Below are positions 45,015 to 55,500 of a stretch of 64,000 nt of DNA, piece after piece; within the stretch, counting starts at the first letter, position 1, and each line of letters opens with the position of its first letter. This stretch comes from Methanobacteriota archaeon. Lineage in GTDB: Archaea; Thermoplasmatota; Poseidoniia; Poseidoniales; Thalassarchaeaceae. The notes beneath the pieces are model-generated. The model was not told the DNA's origin and ran no database searches. It worked only from the letters and a program-made list of their open reading frames with translations. Location: contig PBMO01000024.1 in NCBI GenBank assembly GCA_002722595.1, positions 11,700 to 75,699 on the forward strand. Reading direction: 5' to 3'. The position numbers and the translations under genes are program-made.

Positions 45015-46808
45015 TCAGGTTGGGGCGAAAAATACACCTAAAGTAACATCCAAAAGGGAAACTGTAATCCAACTTGTCAATGCTGCAATCCACATCATGG
45101 TAGAAACTTGACCCATCGCCAAAGCAAACCCTCCTCCGCGCAAACGAGTAGCAATTGCGGACAAAATAATCACCATCAAGATGATTAGAAGGGATGTAAT
45201 TAGTTTGAACAATGCAATATTTTCATCAACAGCTCCAGTTTCTTCTAAAACGGGAATTCCCAAACCTCCGGCGTTCTCTGTAAGTTGGTCAACCTGCATG
45301 GTCTGCATTCCTTGTGCAACACTGGCAATATCCGTCCCTAATCGAAGAACAACAGCAATTGCAATATTAAATGAAACAATTGTGGAAATAAGTAGGCCAT
45401 ATGCCACACCTCGCATAGTACCGGCTGACAAAGCCCTCCTCCTCCTTAGTGACAAGAGATTGGTGGTATTCTGACTCACTAGATCAGCAACCGCTGCAGG
45501 CTCTCCACTTGCCTGAGCCCCCTCCAAATAAATTCGATTAAAACGAGACACCATACCTGAATTAACTTCTGCGGAAAACCAATCCCAACTTCGCTCAGAG
45601 TCAATACGTATCATTAGTCTACTTTCTAGACTCGCAATTGGTTTATTGAGGGAACCAAAATCAATTCCACGGAGTGCTTTGATTGTTGCAGAAGGTTCAG
45701 CGGCTCTTGCTTGTGCAGTACCCCCTAAAGCACGAATGAAACCAGGATAGGATTCATCACGCCGCAAGATGCCTTGCTCTTCCCTTCCTGCAGTAAAACC
45801 AGGAAGCAAAAATGGTGTAACGATAAGGGCTACAAGTACGAGCCCGTATTTGTCCCAGGTACTCATCAGACCATCGAAATACATCAAAATTACAATAGCC
45901 GATGCAACTAATATGGGTGCGCCCATTATACTTGCAACAATCCAAACTTGCCGCATTTTCGTTCGGTATTCTGTATTAAATTCATGTCTACCAAATATTG
46001 GGTCGTCGGGCACGATTGATCTGAAGGCGACTAAAGTACCTGCCTGCATTAGAATAAACAGTGTGGCTGCAAGGAGTACCCATCGTATTCTAGCCATAAC
46101 TTCAAGTGGAGCAGAACCGTAATCTTGAGTTACAAAGAGTACGAGGTGAATCCCAGAAACTACGATTCCAAAAATTCCAGTTGTTGTCAGTGAAATGTAG
46201 ATTTCTTTGAGCATATCAATAGATTCTAATCGTGTATCATAAAGGGTATCAAATTCTTTTGAAAAGGTCTTCTGTTCTGCTTGCATGAACTCGTTTATTG
46301 GTTGACCGGCTTCTACAGAGAACGCCATGCGGTCAAGAAAATCTCCCCATATTGGAGAGGGACTTTGTCGCCCAATGATTCTAGCAGCTTCAGGTAAACT
46401 AGTGTGCCACTTTTCAACCAAGACTTCGATTGATTTCACCTCATCTGCGAGAGCCCCATAATCACTCATTTGGCGCAGAATGTCGAACATTGATTGCGCA
46501 TTCACTTCGCCAATACTCAAAATCCCCATTCGAGTGATGAACATATGCATTTCTTTCTCGATTAGAACAGCATCACGAAGAGTTTGGACAATTGGCCATA
46601 TGATGGCGGCACCTGTGGTTAGTAATGGAAACATAACTAGCAGAGCAATGCCTGACGCCCCTACAAACAGTGAACTAAGAACCGAATAAAGAATAAATGA
46701 TACTACTAAACCACCGATTGCAGCCGGTAAAACGAAATTTAGTAGATACTTAGGTACGGGCATCCCCAATCGCTTTAGAGCAATTTGGAATAGGGATAGA
46801 CGCTCCAT
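45015..46808 (-). CDS. arlJ: Archaellum membrane platform protein ArlJ (FlaJ)
   Basis: MHMFITRMGIL, FLDRMAFSVEAG, YPGFIRALG; multi-TM; follows arlI. Confidence 0.92.
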   Translation of the reverse strand: MERLSLFQIALKRLGMPVPKYLLNFVLPAAIGGLVVSFILYSVLSSLFVGASGIALLVMFPLLTTGAAIIWPIVQTLRDAVLIEKEMHMFITRMGILSIGEVNAQSMFDILRQMSDYGALADEVKSIEVLVEKWHTSLPEAARIIGRQSPSPIWGDFLDRMAFSVEAGQPINEFMQAEQKTFSKEFDTLYDTRLESIDMLKEIYISLTTTGIFGIVVSGIHLVLFVTQDYGSAPLEVMARIRWVLLAATLFILMQAGTLVAFRSIVPDDPIFGRHEFNTEYRTKMRQVWIVASIMGAPILVASAIVILMYFDGLMSTWDKYGLVLVALIVTPFLLPGFTAGREEQGILRRDESYPGFIRALGGTAQARAAEPSATIKALRGIDFGSLNKPIASLESRLMIRIDSERSWDWFSAEVNSGMVSRFNRIYLEGAQASGEPAAVADLVSQNTTNLLSLRRRRALSAGTMRGVAYGLLISTIVSFNIAIAVVLRLGTDIASVAQGMQTMQVDQLTENAGGLGIPVLEETGAVDENIALFKLITSLLIILMVIILSAIATRLRGGGFALAMGQVSTMMWIAALTSWITVSLLDVTLGVFFAPT

Positions 46809-46817
46809 ATATTCACC

Positions 46818-48539
46818 TCAATCATTGTTAATCGGCGTCCAAACGTCGATGGCTTTCGAGAAAGCCTCCCACCCCTGTTGGTAGTATACATCTAGAATGT
46901 CAAATACATCATCGTAATGGACCAAATCATTGTCAACCATTCTTTGCAATGCCTCTGTTCTACGTTCCATTTCTTCATAGATGTCACGTTTATTTTCAAA
47001 GCCCATTAAAGCAGCCATTTTATTTTCCATGAGGTGTGATTGGAACATTCCACGGAAGTAGTGCTTGTCTCTAACAGGATTCCAATCGAACATACCACGA
47101 GTTAACACACCATCGGCCTCTTTGTTGTATCCAATTACTTCATCTATTCCAGTAATTCTTCTTGCAATTCCACCACCGGGCGCCTCAACAACCTCTTGGA
47201 AAATTGCAAAATTTAGATTGTCAAAGAAACGCATTGGGACGTTAATAGGATCTCCAGTAAAGCGCTGAATCATTTTGACAATTGATGAAGCGTGGAATGT
47301 GGCAATTACAGGGTGTCCGGTTTGCATTGCTTGGAAAGCAGTAGCCCCCTCTGCCCCCCGAATTTCTCCAATTATGATGTATCTTGGCCGACTCCTAAGT
47401 GCTGCCTTCAATAAATCGAACATTTCAACACGCGAGTCTTCATTCTTGGAATCACGTGTTACAAGTCGCTGCCACAATCTATGCCTGACTTTTACCTCCG
47501 GTGTATCTTCAGCAGAGTAGATTTTTACATTGTGGTCGATGAATGGTAAAATCGCATTTAGCGTAGTAGTTTTGCCGGATGCAGTTTCTCCAGATACTAG
47601 TAATGACATACCATTTTCTAAGCCCAACCAGATGTAAGCTGCAACTTCGGCAGAGAGAGTCCCCCATTTGACAAGTTGAGTAATTGAAATCGTTTCCTCT
47701 GCGAATTTCCGAATCGTGAAAGAAGAACCAAGCATTGAAACATCGTCTGAATATACAATATTGATACGACTACCATCCAATAAAGCACCATCAATAATTG
47801 GTTTACTATCTGAAACGGGCCTACCAATTCTTTCAGACATCGCCCGTAGGTAACGTTCCAACATATCGCGATCTCTGAACCTGATATTCGATGTCACCAT
47901 TCCGAATACCTTGTGATCCATGCTTATGTATCGAAGACCAACTGCGTGAATATCTTCCAACATCTCATCTGAAAGTAAGGCTTCCAAGGGACCAGATCTA
48001 ACAAGATCTCTAATCACAGTATACGTTAATCTCTCTAGCTGTTTTTCGGTTACTTGTAGTGGGATCTCCCCCATTCCAATACTTTGTAGGAACCGATTAA
48101 CAGGGGCACCTGCATTAATCGACGAACTAGGTGAACTAGTTATGGTGGTGTGCCTCGCAATCATATTTTCTAGCATAGCTTCAAATTCAGCATCTGAACC
48201 AAATGACGGTGCGTTTGGCGCTTCTTTTAGCAATCTCTCAACAAGAATTTGTTTGATATTTTCCTCATCCTCATTGAGTTGTGGTTCAATCGCGAACCAC
48301 AATGTTGTACCTGCCCCCTCTTCTTCATCAGTCGGTCGATAGACGTGCGCAAATAGAGGCCCCCTTAGGTGATAAATGAGATTCAAGTCACCTTGATTTG
48401 CGGCCCTATCCAACTTGCCATAGTAGAACGGTTTAGCTCCGTATTTTTCTTCAAAGTCAGATACCCATTTCTCGACGTGATCGAATCTTCCCATGACTCC
48501 ATCCAGATCACCTTGTTGGAATTCAATTTCTTCAACCAT
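46818..48539 (-). CDS. arlI: Archaellum ATPase ArlI (FlaI)
   Basis: GETASGKTT, AEDTPE, LKAALRSRPRYIIIGEIRG, QTGHPVIATFHA. Confidence 0.96.
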   Translation of the reverse strand: MVEEIEFQQGDLDGVMGRFDHVEKWVSDFEEKYGAKPFYYGKLDRAANQGDLNLIYHLRGPLFAHVYRPTDEEEGAGTTLWFAIEPQLNEDEENIKQILVERLLKEAPNAPSFGSDAEFEAMLENMIARHTTITSSPSSSINAGAPVNRFLQSIGMGEIPLQVTEKQLERLTYTVIRDLVRSGPLEALLSDEMLEDIHAVGLRYISMDHKVFGMVTSNIRFRDRDMLERYLRAMSERIGRPVSDSKPIIDGALLDGSRINIVYSDDVSMLGSSFTIRKFAEETISITQLVKWGTLSAEVAAYIWLGLENGMSLLVSGETASGKTTTLNAILPFIDHNVKIYSAEDTPEVKVRHRLWQRLVTRDSKNEDSRVEMFDLLKAALRSRPRYIIIGEIRGAEGATAFQAMQTGHPVIATFHASSIVKMIQRFTGDPINVPMRFFDNLNFAIFQEVVEAPGGGIARRITGIDEVIGYNKEADGVLTRGMFDWNPVRDKHYFRGMFQSHLMENKMAALMGFENKRDIYEEMERRTEALQRMVDNDLVHYDDVFDILDVYYQQGWEAFSKAIDVWTPINND

Positions 48540-48547
48540 TGGATCAC

Positions 48548-49243
48548 CTAACTAACTGCTGTAATATCTACAATGAAGCCCATTCCAGGTTCCACACGCC
48601 AACCGATTCTTGGTTGAACAGGGCCCGCGGCTCTAAGAAAACGAGTAATGGCCATGGTTCTATTCAACCCCCCTCCAACTTCTCGAATGCGCATATCAAT
48701 CGCAACTTCGGCAGATGAAATTAGTGCCCTAACAACATCATCCTCCAATTCTTCAGGGTCGATAATTAACATCAAAGAACGACCTTCAGAACAATATTTT
48801 CGGAGAGAACTCAACAATTCCTCCGGACTTCCAGAATAGTGTTGAAGTATACTTGAAGCGCGATCAATTATTGCCATTTCAGCATCCTGTACAGGTTTTG
48901 AATCCAAAACATCTGCAATTTGCACAATGCCCTCCACTTCATCAGATACAACTCCAAACCTAGAGAGTAAAGTCAAAGATCCACTTTCTGTTGCATCAGT
49001 CATAGAATAGCCTAAACTGTCAACTTGTTCTAACCAACCACGAGTTGTCAATTCAGTACTAACAACGGTTAGGCGGGCCCCGTGATTGATTAGTCCGTAA
49101 GCAAATCTTTGAGAAATGAGACTTTTCCCTGCGCCCACTACACCTGTCACAATGTAAAGAGAGCGTTTTGGTAACAGCCTCCCTAAACTATCTGACAAAC
49201 TATCAGTTTCCAATTCGAACGGGAAACCATTTTCATCATCCAA
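48548..49243 (-). CDS. arlH: Archaellum RecA/KaiC-like protein ArlH (FlaH)
   Basis: GVVGAGKSLISQRFAYG, VSTELTT, WRVEPGMGFIVDITAV. Confidence 0.9.
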   Translation of the reverse strand: MDDENGFPFELETDSLSDSLGRLLPKRSLYIVTGVVGAGKSLISQRFAYGLINHGARLTVVSTELTTRGWLEQVDSLGYSMTDATESGSLTLLSRFGVVSDEVEGIVQIADVLDSKPVQDAEMAIIDRASSILQHYSGSPEELLSSLRKYCSEGRSLMLIIDPEELEDDVVRALISSAEVAIDMRIREVGGGLNRTMAITRFLRAAGPVQPRIGWRVEPGMGFIVDITAVS

Positions 49244-49718
49244 TCCGAATCACCTCAGAGAACGCAAAAGTGCCCGAAACACCTCGATATTCCTCACTAC
49301 GAACTATGACAGTAAGGACCGTTTCATCACCAGAATTTAGAGTCAAACCCGTCGGACAAATACGTAATTCTAACACATTACCTTGAACCCAATCATTGGT
49401 TGAAGTCAACATTCTTCTATTCGAAATGGATGTATCGCTGCCATTTACAATCACCCCAATTTCACTATTTTTCAAAACCAATTTACCTGAGTTTTGTAGG
49501 TGTATAGTTAGATTGCAAGCAGTTTGATTCCAAGCCATATTCATAGGGTCACTGGTTAATGATGCCTTGGTCATAGTATCGGCTTCAACCTGAGTTTTAG
49601 ACGATTCAATCGAATTTGCAATACCTCCCCATGAGGCAATTAAGACACTTGCAGCAATACCAGCTGTAATTAGCCCAGTTATGAGCATCAACATCTCACT
49701 TGCACCACCATCTGCCAT
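49236..49718 (-). CDS. arlG: Archaellum accessory protein ArlG (FlaG)
   Basis: ASEMLMLITGLITAGIAASVL N-terminus, LQNSG; position upstream of arlH. Confidence 0.8.
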   Translation of the reverse strand: MADGGASEMLMLITGLITAGIAASVLIASWGGIANSIESSKTQVEADTMTKASLTSDPMNMAWNQTACNLTIHLQNSGKLVLKNSEIGVIVNGSDTSISNRRMLTSTNDWVQGNVLELRICPTGLTLNSGDETVLTVIVRSEEYRGVSGTFAFSEVIRIG

Positions 49719-49727
49719 TTCATTCCC

Positions 49728-50129
49728 TCACACTATTGCAATCGCTGAAGATGCTCCCATTGCTGATACAAAGATTCGACTTGGAGAACCAAATCCAGTC
49801 CCACTAATTTGTATGTGCTGAATTTCTCCAGGGAATAACACCGATGTTGAATTGTGATGCTGACTTGCTTGGAAAGGAACCCCTCCATCTATGCTGAACC
49901 ACATGTCATCATAGTCTATGTTTTGATCACCAACATTTGTGATATTAACATGGATACTGACACCGTCTTCAGTAGCATTTATTGCTCTTAATTCCGGCTC
50001 TTGTATGGCCAAGTCATCTATCTCTGCAGCCATTTGGGTGCTTTCAGTGAGAGACATTGATGCCAATGCAAAGATGCCCAATAAAGCGGTGCCGACAATC
50101 ATAGCGGCTATACTTGTTGAACCACTCAG
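49728..50129 (-). CDS. arlF: Archaellum accessory protein ArlF (FlaF)
   Basis: SGSTSIAAMIVG TM, ITNVG, LFPGE motifs. Probable CTG start at 50129 (ORF track start 50168). Confidence 0.75.
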   Translation of the reverse strand: MSGSTSIAAMIVGTALLGIFALASMSLTESTQMAAEIDDLAIQEPELRAINATEDGVSIHVNITNVGDQNIDYDDMWFSIDGGVPFQASQHHNSTSVLFPGEIQHIQISGTGFGSPSRIFVSAMGASSAIAIV

Positions 50130-50131
50130 AT

Positions 50132-50947
50132 TCAGGCCCCCTCCGAAGGAGCATTGGCCTGCCTCCATGCCCCAATCATGGCGTTAAACATCAACAATTC
50201 CCTGTGTGGGAGGTGTTCAGCAGCATTTTCATTAATGGCTGGATCTGCTAAATCAATTAGGCCTTTTAGAACCGCACATTCGTTTGTTGTAATCATTCCA
50301 CTCGCGGCGGCTTTGTCCACAAAAGATGTGGCGCTGGTTGAGGACAAATTGTCCAACAGAAGTGCTACAATTTCACTTGTTGTAATTGGTAAATTCTCTG
50401 TTAATGCACCAGGTCTCTGGTTAAGGAATGGATTTAATTCAGCAATTCGACTTTCATATAAATCGAGTAAATTTACATCAGTTTGTTGAACAACGTCAAC
50501 CTCAGGTTCAACATCACTTTCTTCACCCTCAGTTACAACTTCATCTTCATCAGTATCCATCGTGATAAGTTTGTCAGTTGGGATGGTGTAAGGCGTCCCT
50601 GCAATATCTTTCAATTGTGTGAGGCGTGCATCCATCATGGCCATGGTCGCTTCAATTCGATCGAATCTAGAATCCATTTTATCTTCCATTTCCTTGGTAT
50701 CGAAATTACCTTGCTTACCACTGCTATCTTGTGACATTGAATCAGCGGGCTCTAGCCCAGTGGCTCCAATCCGGGCTCTTGTCGGTGAAGGTGACAACGT
50801 CCACGCATCTTCTTCTATTGGGGTGGCATCTAGAGGTATTGTTGCAACATCAATCGAATGAGTGGCTAAACTTTCCAATCTCGATACCGCTTGCTCATCC
50901 GCAATATCGTCTTCGTTTTTACCGAATATTTTGTCGATAATGCTCAC
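50132..50947 (-). CDS. ArlC/D/E-like archaellum accessory protein
   Basis: Position between arlB and arlF; LLDLYE...LNPF (ArlC-like) and C-terminal HLPHRELLMF (ArlD/E-like). Confidence 0.65.
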   Translation of the reverse strand: MSIIDKIFGKNEDDIADEQAVSRLESLATHSIDVATIPLDATPIEEDAWTLSPSPTRARIGATGLEPADSMSQDSSGKQGNFDTKEMEDKMDSRFDRIEATMAMMDARLTQLKDIAGTPYTIPTDKLITMDTDEDEVVTEGEESDVEPEVDVVQQTDVNLLDLYESRIAELNPFLNQRPGALTENLPITTSEIVALLLDNLSSTSATSFVDKAAASGMITTNECAVLKGLIDLADPAINENAAEHLPHRELLMFNAMIGAWRQANAPSEGA

Positions 50948-50994
50948 TCAGACACACTCCAATACCGCATCCTCCGAAGAGGACATATTCCACC

Positions 50995-51573
50995 TCAGAC
51001 AATTGATGATCCAGGGTTGACATCGTTGTAGTGAAGAGACGCATAGGTATCTCCTCCACCACTGATGAAGACCCGCATCTCTTGGTTGTCTCCAACTGAT
51101 GGCGTACAATCAACCGAAGTGTCAATTGGGACCAAGAAAGTCTCACCAGCATCAACTGTTGCACCCGTAGCATAAGCGGTACCATCGAGGTCCGTAGCAA
51201 CTCCATCAAAACCTCCCGCGTTAATTGATGCTGTTGTTGAACCATCATCGCACGCCATATGCCATTCCATTTCTGACAACGGTGTGGTATCTGAACCTGA
51301 ACTGAGCTGGACGATGATGGTAATTTCATCAGCAGTACCACCAGCAGCACTTTCTTCACTTACATAGGCGCCCTGGATCAGGATTTTTCCACCCAAATTA
51401 TCCTGGGTATCGTCGCCTGTTTTTTGCGCTCTTTGTTGCAATTCTTCAGCCGTCTTGATAATAATCGTCGAGGCTACGGCAGCCACTAAAATCAATGCGA
51501 TAAAAATAATCATTGCACCGATACCAATGGCACCTAAGTCATTCTTTTTGAGAGAGTATTCATCTTTGTTCAT
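50995..51573 (-). CDS. arlB: Archaellin ArlB (FlaB)
   Basis: Class III signal peptide ...DLG/AIGIGAMIIFIALILVAAVASTIIIKTAEELQQRAQKTG. Confidence 0.95.
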   Translation of the reverse strand: MNKDEYSLKKNDLGAIGIGAMIIFIALILVAAVASTIIIKTAEELQQRAQKTGDDTQDNLGGKILIQGAYVSEESAAGGTADEITIIVQLSSGSDTTPLSEMEWHMACDDGSTTASINAGGFDGVATDLDGTAYATGATVDAGETFLVPIDTSVDCTPSVGDNQEMRVFISGGGDTYASLHYNDVNPGSSIV

Positions 51574-51581
51574 TTCATCAT

Positions 51582-51624
51582 CTCCTTGTGCTCCGAATTA
51601 GCACCTGCCAAGTTTATAGTTATA
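51582..51624 (-). promoter_or_regulatory. Putative TATA box and Shine-Dalgarno for arlB
   Basis: Minus strand TATAACTATAAA (51624-51613) and AAGGAG (51587-51582). Confidence 0.45.
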
Positions 51625-51660
51625 GCCACTACAAAACCCCCAATATCGTCCCTCAGTCCA

Positions 51661-52539
51661 TCATTTTTTCAATTCTAAATCGAGTGTAGATATTTCCACA
51701 GATTTCGGAGAAAGATATCGGAAAAATGGCCATGATTTACAAGACCATCCAGGGGGGACCCATGGGACCAACAAAACGTCATTCATCGCTTCGTCACTAG
51801 CGTTCTCAACACGACAAGTCATCCGCAAGCCATCTGGACGCAAATCATAACCAGTTTGAACATTCAATTTCTCCTGCAAACTCCCAGGTGCACCAAATTC
51901 ACGAATTGCAGCCATGGCTGAAGGAGTAATGATGAATACAAGATCCATTGATTCCCCAGGTTGTAATCGATCGACAGGTTGCGTGATTGGCAAGGCCCTC
52001 CAATTAGGAGGAACTGGAGCTTTGATATTGAACCCAGGAAGCACTACATTACTTGTGTTTTCAATCCTTACAAGCAATTGACCTTGATCAGAATTAGCCT
52101 CCCAGCGAGCTTCAACTCCCATCCAAAATTGGAAGAAAATGAATGGGTTCAGTGCTGCACTATTTGCCAAAAGGTGCTCAATAAGGCGCTCTAGTTGCAA
52201 TGCTGATTCATCAAAAGCACTGCGCATAATCAAAGTCTCTGCGGTTTTCATTGTAAGCAGAATATCAAGCAATTCATCTTCACTTGTTGCACGATCCCTC
52301 ATTAGAGAATGCAGCATGCGAATAGCCCTCTGCATTTTCCCAATGTGGCCACTTAGGACCCCAATATCTTCTCTTGCCTGTCGAATATTCTTCTTTGCGA
52401 AGCGAACATCTTTTTCTAGAATCGCCTCTTGAATCAATTGAATATGTTCATCTAAGACGAGATTCAATCGTGTAACCTGCGCTCGCAAGTCGGATTGGGT
52501 CGGCATCACGCCATCATACATTGCCTTCCACCTCCACAC
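51661..52539 (-). CDS. Hypothetical protein (coiled coil plus Ig-like domains)
   Basis: Helical N-terminus; VRIENTS...PPNW...LQPGES and RVENAS...PPGW...LSPKS. True start uncertain. Confidence 0.7.
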   Translation of the reverse strand: MWRWKAMYDGVMPTQSDLRAQVTRLNLVLDEHIQLIQEAILEKDVRFAKKNIRQAREDIGVLSGHIGKMQRAIRMLHSLMRDRATSEDELLDILLTMKTAETLIMRSAFDESALQLERLIEHLLANSAALNPFIFFQFWMGVEARWEANSDQGQLLVRIENTSNVVLPGFNIKAPVPPNWRALPITQPVDRLQPGESMDLVFIITPSAMAAIREFGAPGSLQEKLNVQTGYDLRPDGLRMTCRVENASDEAMNDVLLVPWVPPGWSCKSWPFFRYLSPKSVEISTLDLELKK

Positions 52540-55500
52540 TCACATCATGTGAGTCTCCCCATCGTTGTCCGATTGTAATTTTACGTAATTCCGTAGATGG
52601 ATTTCCAAGTTGTACAAGGAGCCCCCTAGCTTCTCCTTCAAAGTAAGTTAACTCTTCAAATATCTGATTCCATGAAGTGGTGCTATTACGAATAGTTAAT
52701 TCTACGGATAATGCACAAAGCATCAGATACAGGAAAATCGAACCGATGTTGGCTTCACCCCAGGAGATTTCATTTGGCAAGACTAGAACCATGAAGATAA
52801 ACCCTAATGGTGCAAGCGATAATTTGACTCGCAACTGATTGGCAACACGAATTATTTCACCTTCATGGTCTTCTACAAGATTACTACCTCCTCTCAGCAA
52901 ATTTTGCCTGTCAGATAGGATTGCTGGGAATTCATGTGATGCAGCACTCCGAGTAATTAGCGCCAACCAAATAATCGATGCAAAACTCATGACTATGTTT
53001 GGAATAGTTCCGAGACCATAATGGGTAGAAACACCGAGTAAAGCACATCCTGCATATGCACTCAGCATCAAAGACCTCTCATCCTCTCGAGACTTTCGCA
53101 ATAATTGACTACAAAGTAAGATTAAACCAAGTGTTATTGGAATCAATACCAACAATGGAGGTGACCATGAGTTCAGCGAGAAAGTCTCCCTCAGTGCATC
53201 ATCATCTGGTTGGTTACCATACATTTCAGTGGATTTAATGACAACATTACAGCTAACATCTTTTGATGTCTCCCACCAATTCAAAGCCCCAGTTTGAACA
53301 TTCCAATTGACGGATTTTATGCCACCCTTTCCTAATCCAGCAATTGATTGCTCTTCAGAACCCATAATTTCGATTCCATCCTCACATTCAATGACTGCAA
53401 CAGCATCATCTGGCAAAGTATTGTTTCCGTGATTCTTTATCATTGCACTCACTAGTCCACTGGTGGATTCTGATATCTCATCACCCATCTCAATATTCAC
53501 TGATAAGATGCCAGGATCAGCCCATGAATCAGAAATCACTCTGACATTGAATGAAGTGATATTGTTACCACCAGTACTTGGATGAATCAGATTAAAGTCA
53601 AGGGAATAACCATCACCTGGCGGTAAATTTTCAATCGCTGGCATTTTGATTCGCAAGCGAAGGGTACGATTCTCGCTTGAAGGGGTCGGTCCCAATAGAT
53701 AGGTTTCACCATTCAAATTCAGAACTTCTGGTTGGCCCCATGTAACTGGATCAATAGTAAATTCCCATTCAATATCCCCGGCTCCAACATACATACTTTC
53801 GTTGATGAATCTTTCAGAACCTACTAATTCTAGGACATATGAATCCATTTGGTCTCCGACAATGCCTTGTTCCAGAACATTTGTCCAAGGAATATCAATT
53901 GTGAAAGTATTGAAGACTTTATCGGGAACTGCGAGATATTCTCCTTCTGTCCAAATTCGTGCGATTTGCAACGTCGATTCTAAGTCTCGATCACCCAAAT
54001 CCTCCTCCAGTGGAGAGAACTTCAAATTGAGTTTTGTTTCCTCTAAATTCCATGCAGAGTCAGCAATATTTTGCACAGTGAAATGAATATTTCGCATCTC
54101 TCCCATGGGCAATGTAAGATTTTGTAGATCACAATCACTCACAAGCCAACGTGTGTCATCTCCAGTTGTGCAAATGACATCTAGTTGAACATCAAGATTA
54201 CCTCTATTGACCACTTCCACTGTAAAGTCCCTACTTTCATAGGGCCTGAGTTTGATGATATTTGGTGCATTCCAATCTACCTGGAAAACTGAGTCAGTTA
54301 AGAATTCAACATTCGCCCCCCCGACAGTCTGATTATCAGTAACATTAGTTGCCACCATATTGCCATAATTGATATCGCCAGACTCTAGATTGTCATTACC
54401 ACCAGCAGCAGGAACTCTGATTGACAAAGTGATACTTTTCGTTTCAGTACCGGCTGGTTCCAAGGTTAAATTCTCCGGCTCAATTCCGTAAACCCATTCA
54501 TCACTGCCCCCAATTATTCCAAATTCAAACTCAATAAATTCTACTAGGTTTCCATTGTTAGTTACATCAAATACCATTGAAAAGTTCTGCCCTGGAACTA
54601 CAGAGACACTTTCATCAAAACCGAAAGTGATGTTGTGGAATGGATTGACATTAATCTCCACCATGGTTTGGGCAACCAAATCACCATCATTGCTGAGTGT
54701 CACTCGTGCAGAGTGGTTGGTATCAGCCCGCGCGAATGGATTTGCTAAAATGTTGATTTCCACAGTCCTGTTTTCACCAGGTAGAAGAGTTATGGAAGAA
54801 CTCGATGCTACATTTACATCAATATGCTCCGAAAAACCTTCAACGCCAACATCGAACTGTTGTAAACTATTTCCGATATTTGTGACTAGTAGGGGCAATA
54901 ATTCCAATTGGTCGACACTCACGTTTGCAATAGCGTCTGTAGGCAAAAGTGTGGCTCCGACCAACTCTTGGATCTCAAATGGCAACAACTCCTGCGCAAT
55001 TATATTTCCAGACTCATCGATAACCTGCAATATTACATCAGAATCAGCATCCGCTCGATAATTTGGCGGAGCTGTTGCTGAGACAATAATTTGCTCAACA
55101 TTCTCGCTATTTATTATTGGAAATAAGTCGGAATTAGAAGGCACAGAGATCGAAGTTGTTGGCTGTGAAGAAACAGACCAACCCAATGGCCCCGATAAGA
55201 TGTAACTGAGATTACACTCATGGTTTCCGAGATTGACAATATTTACTGGAACGGAAGCCTCAACTTCGGGAGTAATTATTGTTGGAGATGGCACCTCAAT
55301 AGATGCCTTTGACACCTCAGGTATGTTCACTGTTAGGACAACTCTCGAAACAGGAGATTCGATTCCACTGAGTCCAGATACAATAGTCAGTGAAGCAGTC
55401 ACTTCGACTTCTAATTTACCTGCAACAGGGGGCACCCTTATACTATCGCTGCCAGGATCTGGAGACCCTAGATTTGCAACAATCATTTGCGTTGCTCCAA

